NCBI GenBank assembly: GCA_040755995.1
Contig: JBFMAF010000052.1
Location: 51,202-115,201, forward strand
DNA: 64,000 nucleotides
DNA from: Acidobacteriota bacterium
GTDB taxonomy: Bacteria > Acidobacteriota > CAIWXX01
Reading direction: 5' to 3'
In this document: positions 38,397-47,240 of the stretch, piece by piece
Numbering within the stretch: the stretch's first letter is position 1
Layout of the letters: each line of letters opens with the position of its first letter
Made by a program: the position numbers and the translations under genes
Notes under the pieces: model-generated
Told to the model about the DNA's origin: nothing
Seen by the model: the letters and a program-made list of their open reading frames with translations, nothing else
Database searches by the model: none

Positions 38397-39260
38397 ATGA
38401 GCCGTCCGACGCCTCTCTCCGCGACGGAGAGATCTACTCTGTACGGGGACCTCCAAAAGGGACTGAGGATCCTCCTCGATGGGCGGCCGTGGAACGGGTT
38501 CCGGTCCACTCCGCAACCCTTCATTTACTCGCTTTGCCGCTTGCTGGTTGAGTCTGGATCGGAGTGGGTGTGTGGCATCGACGCCAAGAAGGCAATCGAA
38601 GACGTCCTGACCACGGGAAATAAGTTCAATCCTGAAGGGCACTTCGCCCAGATCTGGGGCTCCTCCTTGACGAACCAAAGGGCCTGGCCCGTTGTTACCA
38701 GGTGGCGACGTGTCCTGGATCGGACCCCCTCCAAGCCGTACTACTACCGTTTCTTGGATTCGAGCGGAGCCCGCCAGGTGAGAGGGTGGCTGACAACGAT
38801 CTCAAAGAGCTTAGGACAACATGCACTGCAGAAGTTGCTCGCTGAGCAAAGCCTTGATGAGCTTCTCGCGGCCGCCCTCCGTTCGGCCTCAGACACGCTA
38901 CCCACCCTGCTTCGCACCTCCTCGTACCAATATAGGAGTGCCTTGATCAAGGCCTATGCGAAGCGGAGGGCAAACGGTTCATGTGAAGCATGCGGAGCGC
39001 ATGCGCCTTTTGTCACAATCGATGGCGAAGCCTTCCTGGAAGTGCACCATATCCGCGATCTTCGAAAGGACTCCGGACCCGACAGTCCAAAAAACGTAGC
39101 CGCCATCTGTCCGAATTGCCACCGCCGGGCGCACTTCGGCATGGACCGCCAAGAGTTCAACAGCATGATCTCAGCCAAGATCGCCATGCGTCAGGACGAT
39201 ATCGAGCGGAAGTCACGACAGGGTCTCCCCAGGCCGAGGACTGGACGCCTGGGTACATGA
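38397..39260 (+). CDS. HNH endonuclease (McrA-like C-terminus) with unknown N-terminal domain
   Basis: CEACG, LEVHHI, GPDSPKNVAAICPNCHRRAH. Confidence 0.85.
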   Translation: MSRPTPLSATERSTLYGDLQKGLRILLDGRPWNGFRSTPQPFIYSLCRLLVESGSEWVCGIDAKKAIEDVLTTGNKFNPEGHFAQIWGSSLTNQRAWPVVTRWRRVLDRTPSKPYYYRFLDSSGARQVRGWLTTISKSLGQHALQKLLAEQSLDELLAAALRSASDTLPTLLRTSSYQYRSALIKAYAKRRANGSCEACGAHAPFVTIDGEAFLEVHHIRDLRKDSGPDSPKNVAAICPNCHRRAHFGMDRQEFNSMISAKIAMRQDDIERKSRQGLPRPRTGRLGT

Positions 39261-40045
39261 ACCGAGGGGGTAACGGGATGGTCTGCAGTGTTGTTCGACG
39301 TGCAGCGCGATGGGCCGCCGGGCACTGGTGGCTTCTGGCCTTTGTCGTTTTTGTCCCCCCGCTCGCCTTCGCGGTAGTCGATCGATGGTACTTGGCGACA
39401 CTCGACGTCGAGGCGCGCTGGCAGATGCGCATCGGGCTGGGTTCGGGTCTTCTTCTCTTCGCCAACCTCGTCGTTCTCTGGTGGTACGCCGTCATCACAA
39501 GGCGGAGTTACGAGTTGGCGAGTCGTCAATTCTCTGCCGGCAATCGCCCCTGCGTGGTTCTCGACTGGCAGAGGATTCCTCCGCCTGCGGGCGTGAAACA
39601 GGAGGGGTACGGTTACGTCGCCTATAATATCGGGCCGGGGCTCGCGGTGAACGTCGTCTGCGTGCGCAATTGGAAGAGCTCCGAACCCGAGGTGCTCCAC
39701 ATCGGTGCCCTCCCCGCGGGCGGCCGTGTGGAGGTCCCCGAGGATCTGCGGAACCGCTTGGTCAGAGAAGACCCCTTCAATCGCGAGAGACACATTCTCC
39801 TGGCCGAACCTCTGTCGGGCGACGTGTGGATCATGAGCGCGAACCTGATAGATCTCGGGCAGCGCATTTCGCATCAGGTTGCCGAAATGAAGCTTCCCCC
39901 TGCCCTCAGTTCAGCCATTCACCGGCCAACATTGGGAGAGTACATCGACCAACACTGGACCGACATCCAGAAGGATATCGAGGAGATGGTGAAGCAACTC
40001 GACGGCGCACAACAGCGACGCCCCACTTCCGGCCCTGGGCTGTAG
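39257..40045 (+). CDS. Hypothetical protein with two TM helices and a beta-rich domain
   Basis: ATGA overlap with the HNH stop; two hydrophobic segments; NRP.V and NIGPGLA.NV. Confidence 0.7.
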   Translation: MNRGGNGMVCSVVRRAARWAAGHWWLLAFVVFVPPLAFAVVDRWYLATLDVEARWQMRIGLGSGLLLFANLVVLWWYAVITRRSYELASRQFSAGNRPCVVLDWQRIPPPAGVKQEGYGYVAYNIGPGLAVNVVCVRNWKSSEPEVLHIGALPAGGRVEVPEDLRNRLVREDPFNRERHILLAEPLSGDVWIMSANLIDLGQRISHQVAEMKLPPALSSAIHRPTLGEYIDQHWTDIQKDIEEMVKQLDGAQQRRPTSGPGL

Positions 40046-40153
40046 AGCATCCGGAGCTGCACCGTGAGGAAGGTCACCCGGCGTTCGCGTTCCGACGAGT
40101 CGGAGATCCGCAGTTGGTCGACGGGGCGTCGCTGGATCTGATATGATGATCGC

Positions 40154-40978
40154 ATGCTTTTCGCCAGGCCGCCTCTGATCGAACTGATCGCCGAACTGCG
40201 ATGGGGAGCGCCTTCGATGATTGTCCCCGTTCCGGCCGAGGGCCTTCCTGTCGGCACTGCCATTCCCGCCACCACGGTCTCCGCCCGGGACGAAGAGATG
40301 TTCATGCGCTTCGGTGCAAAGGCGGCCTCGGAAGGCTACTCCAGGTTCGAGCGGATCATGCCACCCGGCTTTCCACTCTTGCCTTCTCAGCCGGTCTATC
40401 GCTTTCGCAAGGCCGAACCTGCCAGCGGGACGAGTCTCTTTCAATTGGGTCCGAGCATTTTCAGCGCCAACACTGCGCCACCCTATCGATCGTGGGAAGC
40501 CTTCCATCCTGTCGTCCGGATGGGTGTGTCGATGTTGTTGGATTCCCTCGACGAATCAGACAAGGCACAGCCGTTCGGAGCGGCGTCGCTGCGGTACATA
40601 GATGCCTTCCGGTCGGAGCTTACCGAGGGTGACAGCCCACTCGATTTCCTGACCAAGAAGCTGGGCTTCGACATCGGACTGCCACACGTCATCGAATCAG
40701 AAGCTGATCCAGGATCGCCCATCAAGCCCCTACTCAAGTTCACGATTCCTCTCGCGGCTAGGTCGGTGATGGAGTTGACAGCCGGCGAAGGGGTCGTGGG
40801 GAAGGATGAGGCGCTCATCATGGAGACCACTGTCATCGCCCCCGGGCCTATCCACATGGATGTTGATGCTGTGATGAGCATACTGGACGAAGCACACAAC
40901 ATCATCCGACGAGTGTTCGTCGAGATGACCCAACCCATAGCCCATCTGATGCAGCCGACCGGCGGAGGTGCCCCATGA
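40154..40978 (+). CDS. TIGR04255-family protein
   Basis: PPLIELIAELRW, LFQLGP, YRSWEAF, SLRYIDAF. Confidence 0.75.
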   Translation: MLFARPPLIELIAELRWGAPSMIVPVPAEGLPVGTAIPATTVSARDEEMFMRFGAKAASEGYSRFERIMPPGFPLLPSQPVYRFRKAEPASGTSLFQLGPSIFSANTAPPYRSWEAFHPVVRMGVSMLLDSLDESDKAQPFGAASLRYIDAFRSELTEGDSPLDFLTKKLGFDIGLPHVIESEADPGSPIKPLLKFTIPLAARSVMELTAGEGVVGKDEALIMETTVIAPGPIHMDVDAVMSILDEAHNIIRRVFVEMTQPIAHLMQPTGGGAP

Positions 40979-41520
40979 CCGGACTGGGGGTTCGAGGCTT
41001 TCCGGGGGAGTGGCCGCAGGGACAATGGATGCCCCCTGATGTCGGACCGTCCGGGTTCATCTGTCTGAACCCTTGGAGCGCAAGCGCGCTCTCGGAGTGG
41101 GAGAAGGCCGAGCACCAGGCAAGGGAGATTGGACAGCTGGAGAACGACTGGGACGGCTACGGCGGCGCGGGGATCAGTTCGATGGTACTCAGTAATACTA
41201 TCCACGCGCTGGAGATGCTCGCGTCTTGTGGGGTGCCCATTCCCACACCCGACCTGTCGCCTACGTCCGCCGGCACCATCCTGCTCAGTTGGGAGCATAA
41301 CGGCGCGGAAGGCTGTCTGGAGATTGGCAACACGCGATACACGGGCTACCTGAAGATCGACGCGCTGCCGCCGGCGCTGTTCGAGGGGAACGCCGACAGG
41401 ATCGACACTCGCGTCTTCTGGTCTATCGCCTGGGCGATCCTATCCCCCAAGCTCGCTCCGACGGTGATCTCAGAATTCGGAATCCGTAGCAAGCCCGCAG
41501 ATGCGCGACTGGCCGCGTGA
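40975..41520 (+). CDS. Hypothetical protein (WDGY motif), putative antitoxin
   Basis: ATGA overlap; LENDWDGYGG.GIS...P.LSPT.AG.ILLSW. Confidence 0.7.
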   Translation: MTGLGVRGFPGEWPQGQWMPPDVGPSGFICLNPWSASALSEWEKAEHQAREIGQLENDWDGYGGAGISSMVLSNTIHALEMLASCGVPIPTPDLSPTSAGTILLSWEHNGAEGCLEIGNTRYTGYLKIDALPPALFEGNADRIDTRVFWSIAWAILSPKLAPTVISEFGIRSKPADARLAA

Positions 41521-41995
41521 GATCGCGGACGCTGAGACCATCGTTCGCGGCATCTGCAGCCCGTATCATGTCTCCAAATCGGGCACGCTGAAGCCCACCG
41601 CGTTTGATCCTGCCCCCAACACCGATGAGGTGTCGGTATTGCGCCATGACTGGATAGGCACTGAGGAGTGCAGAAGACGGTCCAGGGCCTTGGAGAACGC
41701 TGAACAGAAGAAGGTCTATCGCGGCATGGCCGCACTATCGGCCAGACAGATCCGCGACTCCGGGGCAGAGGTGGTCGACTCCCGCGAGGAATTCGAGGGA
41801 CACACCGACATCAAACACGGGTTCGTGGTGCGGCCCGGGGAGCCGCTGCCACCTGCCGCGCTGCTGGCAATGAGAGAGCGCAACAGGGCTCTGGCACGAA
41901 TAGCGATGTACTACCCCGATCCAGATCCCGCCGGGGCTGTCTGGACGGGCCCCCCGCTTAGGCCTCGCGACGACAAACACGGATCGCCGGGATGA
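41501..41995 (+). CDS. Hypothetical protein, ART/RES-like fold suspected
   Basis: 20 bp overlap; ETIVR...AF...EVSVLR...GHTDI (R-S-H strand pattern). Confidence 0.65.
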   Translation: MRDWPREIADAETIVRGICSPYHVSKSGTLKPTAFDPAPNTDEVSVLRHDWIGTEECRRRSRALENAEQKKVYRGMAALSARQIRDSGAEVVDSREEFEGHTDIKHGFVVRPGEPLPPAALLAMRERNRALARIAMYYPDPDPAGAVWTGPPLRPRDDKHGSPG

Positions 41996-42060
41996 TGCGC
42001 AAAGCGAGAGGCAGCTGCAGAATCCGCGTTGGTGTGTGCACGTTGGTCGTGCCGTTGTTA

Positions 42061-42368
42061 TTGGGACAAGTGGGGAGCTCTCTGAGGACCCGATCTTTCA
42101 ACAGGCAATCGGGTTCTCCCGCAAGGTGCCCGATTCGTTCGGAATACACTGTGATCCTGCGGTATCCCAGGCAGTGCAGCGTAACAGTCGCTGGCAGCAG
42201 CAGGACCCACAGGAGCAGGTCCCATAGCAGGCGCAGACCCCGTTTCACAAGCCACCATCCCCCCTCGTTGGCGATGCGCACGCGGTAGTAGAAGCTCAGC
42301 TCGTCCCGACGCCGGAATGGGCGGGGGCAGTAGGCGGCCGAGCGGGGACGAAGCATCCGCGCTATCAC
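42061..42368 (-). pseudogene. Duplicated 5' quarter of the TIGR04372 glycosyltransferase
   Basis: First ~102 aa nearly identical to 33601-34908, then unrelated. Confidence 0.9.
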
Positions 42369-42586
42369 TTGCTCACCATCACGGACTCAACGATAGTCGG
42401 CCTCTGCCCGGCGCAGGCTTTCCATCGTGCCGATGTCGCGGTGATAGTCATCGTTGTGAAACGTCCATATTCGGCCCAGGAAGCGCGGAATGACATCGAT
42501 GCTCAGGTCAAGCGTCGCTCTGCCGAGTGAGGCCATGTCGTCCACGACTTCCGGCTCGATGATGTAGACAGCTGCATTGGCGCGGT
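42061..42586 (+). repeat. 526 bp direct repeat, copy 2
   Basis: Matches 34601-35126. Confidence 0.97.
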
Positions 42587-43088
42587 TGCCGGGCGGAGCA
42601 GGGACCTTTTCGTGAAACGCCACCACAATGCCGCTCGGGGCCTCCTCGACGATCCCGCACGTCGCGGGGGCATCCGTTTCGAATGTCATCATGGTCATTA
42701 CCGCCTTGGGAGGCCGCGTCGAATGGCGCTGCAGAAAGGCCTTGGGGTCGAAGTGCGTGAGGTTGTCCGCGTGCGCCACCAGCACCGGCTCCCTGCCGTA
42801 GAAACAGCGGTTGGCGAGCACGGTTCCTCCGGTGAGAAGCAGCGTCTCCTCGTGGACCAACGTGATCCGGTCACGGAAGGGTGATGAGGCAACATAGGCG
42901 CGGACCGGTTCCGGCAGGTAGTGCGTGTTAACGATCACTCTGTCGATGATCCCCGAGGGTCTTAGCAGGAGGTCGAACCAGTGGCCAAGGAGAGGCTTAC
43001 CGCCTATGGCGACCAGGCACTTCGGTGTCGTCAGTGTCAGAGGCCGGAGTCTGGTGCCGGGGCCTGCCGCCAGTAAGATCGCTTTCAC
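42387..43088 (-). CDS. Sugar-1-phosphate nucleotidyltransferase (HddC/MPG-type)
   Basis: ILLAAGPGTRLRPLT...PK, TGG, HADN, DIGT. Confidence 0.9.
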   Translation of the reverse strand: MKAILLAAGPGTRLRPLTLTTPKCLVAIGGKPLLGHWFDLLLRPSGIIDRVIVNTHYLPEPVRAYVASSPFRDRITLVHEETLLLTGGTVLANRCFYGREPVLVAHADNLTHFDPKAFLQRHSTRPPKAVMTMMTFETDAPATCGIVEEAPSGIVVAFHEKVPAPPGNRANAAVYIIEPEVVDDMASLGRATLDLSIDVIPRFLGRIWTFHNDDYHRDIGTMESLRRAEADYR

Positions 43089-43090
43089 GG

Positions 43091-45535
43091 TCAGCTGCCC
43101 AATGCGGTGACCAGTTCGTTCGCACTCAGCGGCGTGTTGCCGATGCGGCTCACCTGGACGGCCGCACCGACTGATCCTAGATAAGCCGCCTCCCAGATCG
43201 AGGCGCCAGCGGCCAGGGCCAGCGAGGCGCAGACCAGAAGGGCGTCTCCCGCGCCGGCCGCGTCCCTGGGAGCTGAGTTCATGGCGGGCAGGCGATCGGT
43301 GGTCAGACCGCTATCGTCCTGCCGCCCGGTTTCGATCAGCGCGCCGCCTGCCCCAAGGGTCACGACTACATGATCCGCTTTGGCTTTCTGTCGCAGCGAG
43401 CCGGCAATCACGGCCAGGTCAGATCTGAAATCGCAAAGGGCAATCCGTGCCTCTCGCTCCGTGGGCGTGAGCAGCCGCATGCCTTCGAAGCGCGACACAT
43501 CCCCGGTCTGCGACGAAGATTGACTGTCTGCGACCATGACGATGCCTTCCCTGGAAGCATGTGCTGTCAGATCTTGCACCAGGGATTGCGGCAGGCACCC
43601 GTAGTTGAAATCGGCGAAGATCAGAAGATCAGCATCGCGCAAAGCCTCGATCACGTGCCCGCGAATCTCTCGGGCGGTCTCGGCGCCGATGTCATGCTGG
43701 CGTAGATGGCTGACGCGCAGGAGTGTCTTGCCCGACGCTCGGTACCTCGTCTTGAGTGTGGTCGGGCGGCTGGGGTCGTCAACGAGTGAATCCTCAACTC
43801 CCAGGCTGTCCAACGCTCCGGCCGCGAACGCCCGCGCCTCGTCCGCACCGGCGACCGACACGCAGGTTGCCCGTGCACCAAGCCGCCTCGCGTGGGCGGC
43901 GACGATGCCCGCGCCTCCCACGAATCGCCGCACCGCGACAGGAGTGACCACCAGCGTCGGATCTTCCTGGGACATCCCTAGTGGATCGCATTCAACGTAC
44001 TCATCCACGATAAGGTCGCCGACAACCACCGCCTTCAGGCCCGAGAACTTTTCCATGAGAGCCGCGAGCCGGCCGGTTGTGATCACATGCCGGCGAAGGA
44101 AATCGGGGTCGTGGGCGATGTTCGGGACGCCGTTCTCGATCGCGCCATTTGGGAGAGTGGCGTGATGCTGCCCCAGGTGATTTGGCTGAAGCGCGTGCTT
44201 TCGATCGGCATTGGGGCCGAGAGCAGCGTTGCGCGAACGGAGCTCGTTCCTCATGACGGTCCTGAGCTCGGCGAGCTCGGCGATGAGCTTCTCCAAGCGG
44301 CTCAGGTAGGCCTCGCGCCGATGAAGCCCCAGGAAGCGACCGAGCCTCTGGCGCCAGCGGATGGTCCTTCTTCTCAGGGCCGACATCCGGTACGGCATGC
44401 TCTTGAAGGTCTTGAACCCGTGGAGGCTGTTCATCCAGTACGGGTGCCCATCGACATCCAACGGCGGGTATCTTTCGAGTTCCTTGTTGATGGAGTCGAT
44501 CACCCCGCGTGCCCGCTGCTCCACCTGTCGCCAGAGCTCCGAGCTCGGCTCTCGGCGGACGAAGCGGAATGTGATGGTGGAGCTCATACGGTGCCGTTCA
44601 TTGGTCCACTCTGCGAGGTACCGTGCCGCCAGCTGCGGTGTGTAGACAGCCGGCTCGAACCAGCGGGTCTCGTGGCTCTCAGAGGCGTACTCGAGGCTGG
44701 CGAGCCGGTCGGAGCTGCCTTCGTGATGGATGACATCCTCCCGCGAGACCGCGTGCGGAACAAACGCGTAGTCGACGAAGCCGTCCCATTCCGTGATCTG
44801 TTGTTCGGGTCTCACAACCAATGGGTGGGGCAGGTAGAAATGCGCCACCATGCCCTCGTTATCCACCCGCCAGTAGAACTGGTTGGCGATCCGGCTGACG
44901 TACCGTCCGTTGTCCCAGTGATAGACCTGCGTGACAGGATGGAGATAGTCCATGGCAAGCCCGATCATCTCTCGAGATGACATGACGAGGACACCATCCC
45001 GGATCTTTGCGGCGAGCAGTGGCTTCACGCATTCCGTCGCGCGGAAGTTGCCGTGGTAGATCACCCGATAGCCCTCACGGCAGATCTCGAGAGCTCTGGA
45101 GAACGATCCGTCCGAGAAGAGCTTGTCGCCGTTGAGGATGACGAAGAAGACCTCCGAGTGGTCGTGGTTCTCCGCCTCAAACCCTCTCATGTAGGCGAGG
45201 CTCAAGGCATGCGTGAGATGGCGGCCGGACGAGTGCAGGGCATAGTCGATGATGTCGTCGATGAATACGAACCGGCACTCCGCCATACCCGCCAGCGCCT
45301 GGGCGAAGGCGTGCCTCTCCAGCTCAGAGCGGTCCTTCTCGCGCGTCAGGAACGTGAAGGCCGGCCGCCGTTGAGCCGCCACGGCTGGCAGGTTTCCCGG
45401 CGCGAGCAACGAGGCTCCAACCAGAGACAGGTGCTCGTTGATATAGGAACGTCCCCATATCGGGAAAAGGAAATTGAAGTAGAGTCCTTCCTCGGGCTCG
45501 AATCGACTCCGAGGACCCGTTCTCGCTTTCGTCAC
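43091..45535 (-). CDS. Fusion of an N-terminal glycosyltransferase-like domain and a C-terminal HldE/RfaE-type PfkB kinase
   Basis: IWGRSY...SLLAPGNLPA, NGD; GDLIVDEY, GMSQEDP, GGAG, TPTEREAR, DAAGAGD. Confidence 0.8.
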   Translation of the reverse strand: MTKARTGPRSRFEPEEGLYFNFLFPIWGRSYINEHLSLVGASLLAPGNLPAVAAQRRPAFTFLTREKDRSELERHAFAQALAGMAECRFVFIDDIIDYALHSSGRHLTHALSLAYMRGFEAENHDHSEVFFVILNGDKLFSDGSFSRALEICREGYRVIYHGNFRATECVKPLLAAKIRDGVLVMSSREMIGLAMDYLHPVTQVYHWDNGRYVSRIANQFYWRVDNEGMVAHFYLPHPLVVRPEQQITEWDGFVDYAFVPHAVSREDVIHHEGSSDRLASLEYASESHETRWFEPAVYTPQLAARYLAEWTNERHRMSSTITFRFVRREPSSELWRQVEQRARGVIDSINKELERYPPLDVDGHPYWMNSLHGFKTFKSMPYRMSALRRRTIRWRQRLGRFLGLHRREAYLSRLEKLIAELAELRTVMRNELRSRNAALGPNADRKHALQPNHLGQHHATLPNGAIENGVPNIAHDPDFLRRHVITTGRLAALMEKFSGLKAVVVGDLIVDEYVECDPLGMSQEDPTLVVTPVAVRRFVGGAGIVAAHARRLGARATCVSVAGADEARAFAAGALDSLGVEDSLVDDPSRPTTLKTRYRASGKTLLRVSHLRQHDIGAETAREIRGHVIEALRDADLLIFADFNYGCLPQSLVQDLTAHASREGIVMVADSQSSSQTGDVSRFEGMRLLTPTEREARIALCDFRSDLAVIAGSLRQKAKADHVVVTLGAGGALIETGRQDDSGLTTDRLPAMNSAPRDAAGAGDALLVCASLALAAGASIWEAAYLGSVGAAVQVSRIGNTPLSANELVTALGS

Positions 45536-46407
45536 AGCGCCCTCCGGCCGAAAACGAGATCCCTCACTACACCCGCCACTTCCTGTGGAGCGATCCCAAG
45601 AGTGGCCTGAGTGCGTTTCATTCCTAGGGCGCCATGGCGAGGCTGATAGAGGATTCTCACACCGGACGCGTGTGACGTTGTCGGATTGACGAGCTCCTCG
45701 GGCGCCCGAAGGCCCGCCATGAGGGCCCGGGCGAACTGCTCATGCGTGACGTCATTGGCACCGCTCAGATGAAACACGCCGGAACTCCCGGATGTGGCGA
45801 TGCGCTCGATCCCGAGGGCGGCGAATTGGACCGATATCGGCGCGAAGATCAGGTCCGAGAAAGGACGGATCTCGCTACCCTTCTCCAGTGCCGCGAACCA
45901 GGCCGGCAGCGGCGGAGTCTCCGGCGAGAGCACCTTCGTCAGACGTACGATCGCTCCCAGGCGATCGAATCCGGGAATCAGCCTGAGACGGCGCTCCGCC
46001 TCGGCCTTCTGCCGGCTGTATGCGCACACGGGGGATGGAACGTCTTCTTCGGCACAATAGGGTCGACTCCCGTCGAAGACACTGCTCGTCGAGATGAAGA
46101 CTACGCGTCTACCATCTCCGATGAGCTGCCGCGCGATTGTCTCCGGCGCGACGACGTTGACCTGCTCGGCCTGTGGATGCGTTTCGCAGGCTTCAAACCC
46201 GCCTATCGCTGCCGCCATGATCGCGATATCGTATGCCTGGGTCAGATCGAGGCGCAGGTGGCCGGACCCCAGGTCGAGATACACACGGCCCGGGCCCGGC
46301 GCGCGTCTCCTGCTCGTTCCGATCACGACGCTGCCCATCGTTTCGCACGCTCGCAGCATCTCTGCTCCGATCCGGCTGTCTGCGCCGATCACGAGAACTC
46401 TGCACAT
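45532..46407 (-). CDS. RmlD-like NDP-sugar reductase (extended SDR)
   Basis: VIGADSRIG, ISTSSVFDG, YSRQKAEAE. Confidence 0.85.
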   Translation of the reverse strand: MCRVLVIGADSRIGAEMLRACETMGSVVIGTSRRRAPGPGRVYLDLGSGHLRLDLTQAYDIAIMAAAIGGFEACETHPQAEQVNVVAPETIARQLIGDGRRVVFISTSSVFDGSRPYCAEEDVPSPVCAYSRQKAEAERRLRLIPGFDRLGAIVRLTKVLSPETPPLPAWFAALEKGSEIRPFSDLIFAPISVQFAALGIERIATSGSSGVFHLSGANDVTHEQFARALMAGLRAPEELVNPTTSHASGVRILYQPRHGALGMKRTQATLGIAPQEVAGVVRDLVFGRRAL

Positions 46408-46420
46408 CTCCGGCGTCTCG

Positions 46421-47173
46421 CTAGCGCGGGTTCGTCACCCGTGACTCGATCCTCGACTTGCCGCCTCTCGCTGGAGGACGTCCCCGATTGTCCACCCGTC
46501 GTTTCTTGTGTGCGCACAGCGCGAAGTAGTAGTGGGCCATCATGGGAAACCCGGTGTGTACGACCTCGTCGTTCATCGAGAAGATGAATACGCTGTGGAA
46601 GAACTTCTCCATCGTGGACCTGAGATCGTGCGCATCCTTGCAGTTGACATGCCCGATCTTGCTCAGCCGGGATGCATGGCGTTGTGACTGCAGCGACGGC
46701 GTTCCGATGATCAGCACCCCGGTGTCCCTCAGGCTGTCGACGGCGTTCTGGAGGAAGCTGCGCTCGTTCTCCGGCGCAATGTGCTCGATCACGTCGAGGC
46801 AATAGGCGGCGTCGAAGGGCGGCAGGACGGGGCCGGTCAGCATGTCGTGCACGGCGACAGTGAACGGCCACCTCGGATCCATGCGCTCCTCGGCATCCCG
46901 GATGAACACCGGGTCGATGTCCACGGCGTGGAGTGACTTGACCTCCTGCAGAACGATGCGGGCCGGCCACGCGTCCCCGCAGCCGATCTCGAGGACACGA
47001 TCCCTGCCGCTCAACATCCTGGCAACGAACTTGTAGCGCGACAGCACGAACACCAGTCGGCGCGGGTCGTCGTGCCAGCTGCCGTTCTTCTCGATGCCTA
47101 GCCTTGCGGTGCCGTGCCGTTTTCTGATGAGCAGATGATGCTGGTACTGCGCTTCGACTGTCTTCATCGACAC
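46421..47173 (-). CDS. Class I SAM-dependent methyltransferase
   Basis: VLEIGCGD, LDVIEHI, IIGTPS. Confidence 0.88.
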   Translation of the reverse strand: MSMKTVEAQYQHHLLIRKRHGTARLGIEKNGSWHDDPRRLVFVLSRYKFVARMLSGRDRVLEIGCGDAWPARIVLQEVKSLHAVDIDPVFIRDAEERMDPRWPFTVAVHDMLTGPVLPPFDAAYCLDVIEHIAPENERSFLQNAVDSLRDTGVLIIGTPSLQSQRHASRLSKIGHVNCKDAHDLRSTMEKFFHSVFIFSMNDEVVHTGFPMMAHYYFALCAHKKRRVDNRGRPPARGGKSRIESRVTNPR

Positions 47174-47240
47174 CTTCCCGTGTCACCGTCGCGGCCGGCC
47201 GCCGCGAGAGACGATGGAAGTGTGCTGTGGGGATGGTCAC

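Noticed and set aside
36271..42060. Integron cassette array (co-oriented short genes)
   Set aside because: No convincing RYYYAAC...GTTRRRY attC pairs, several genes overlap directly, and no integrase is present.
34601..42586. Repeat pairs as DGR template/variable repeats
   Set aside because: Differences are not adenine-specific, no reverse transcriptase is present, and the repeats span gene junctions.
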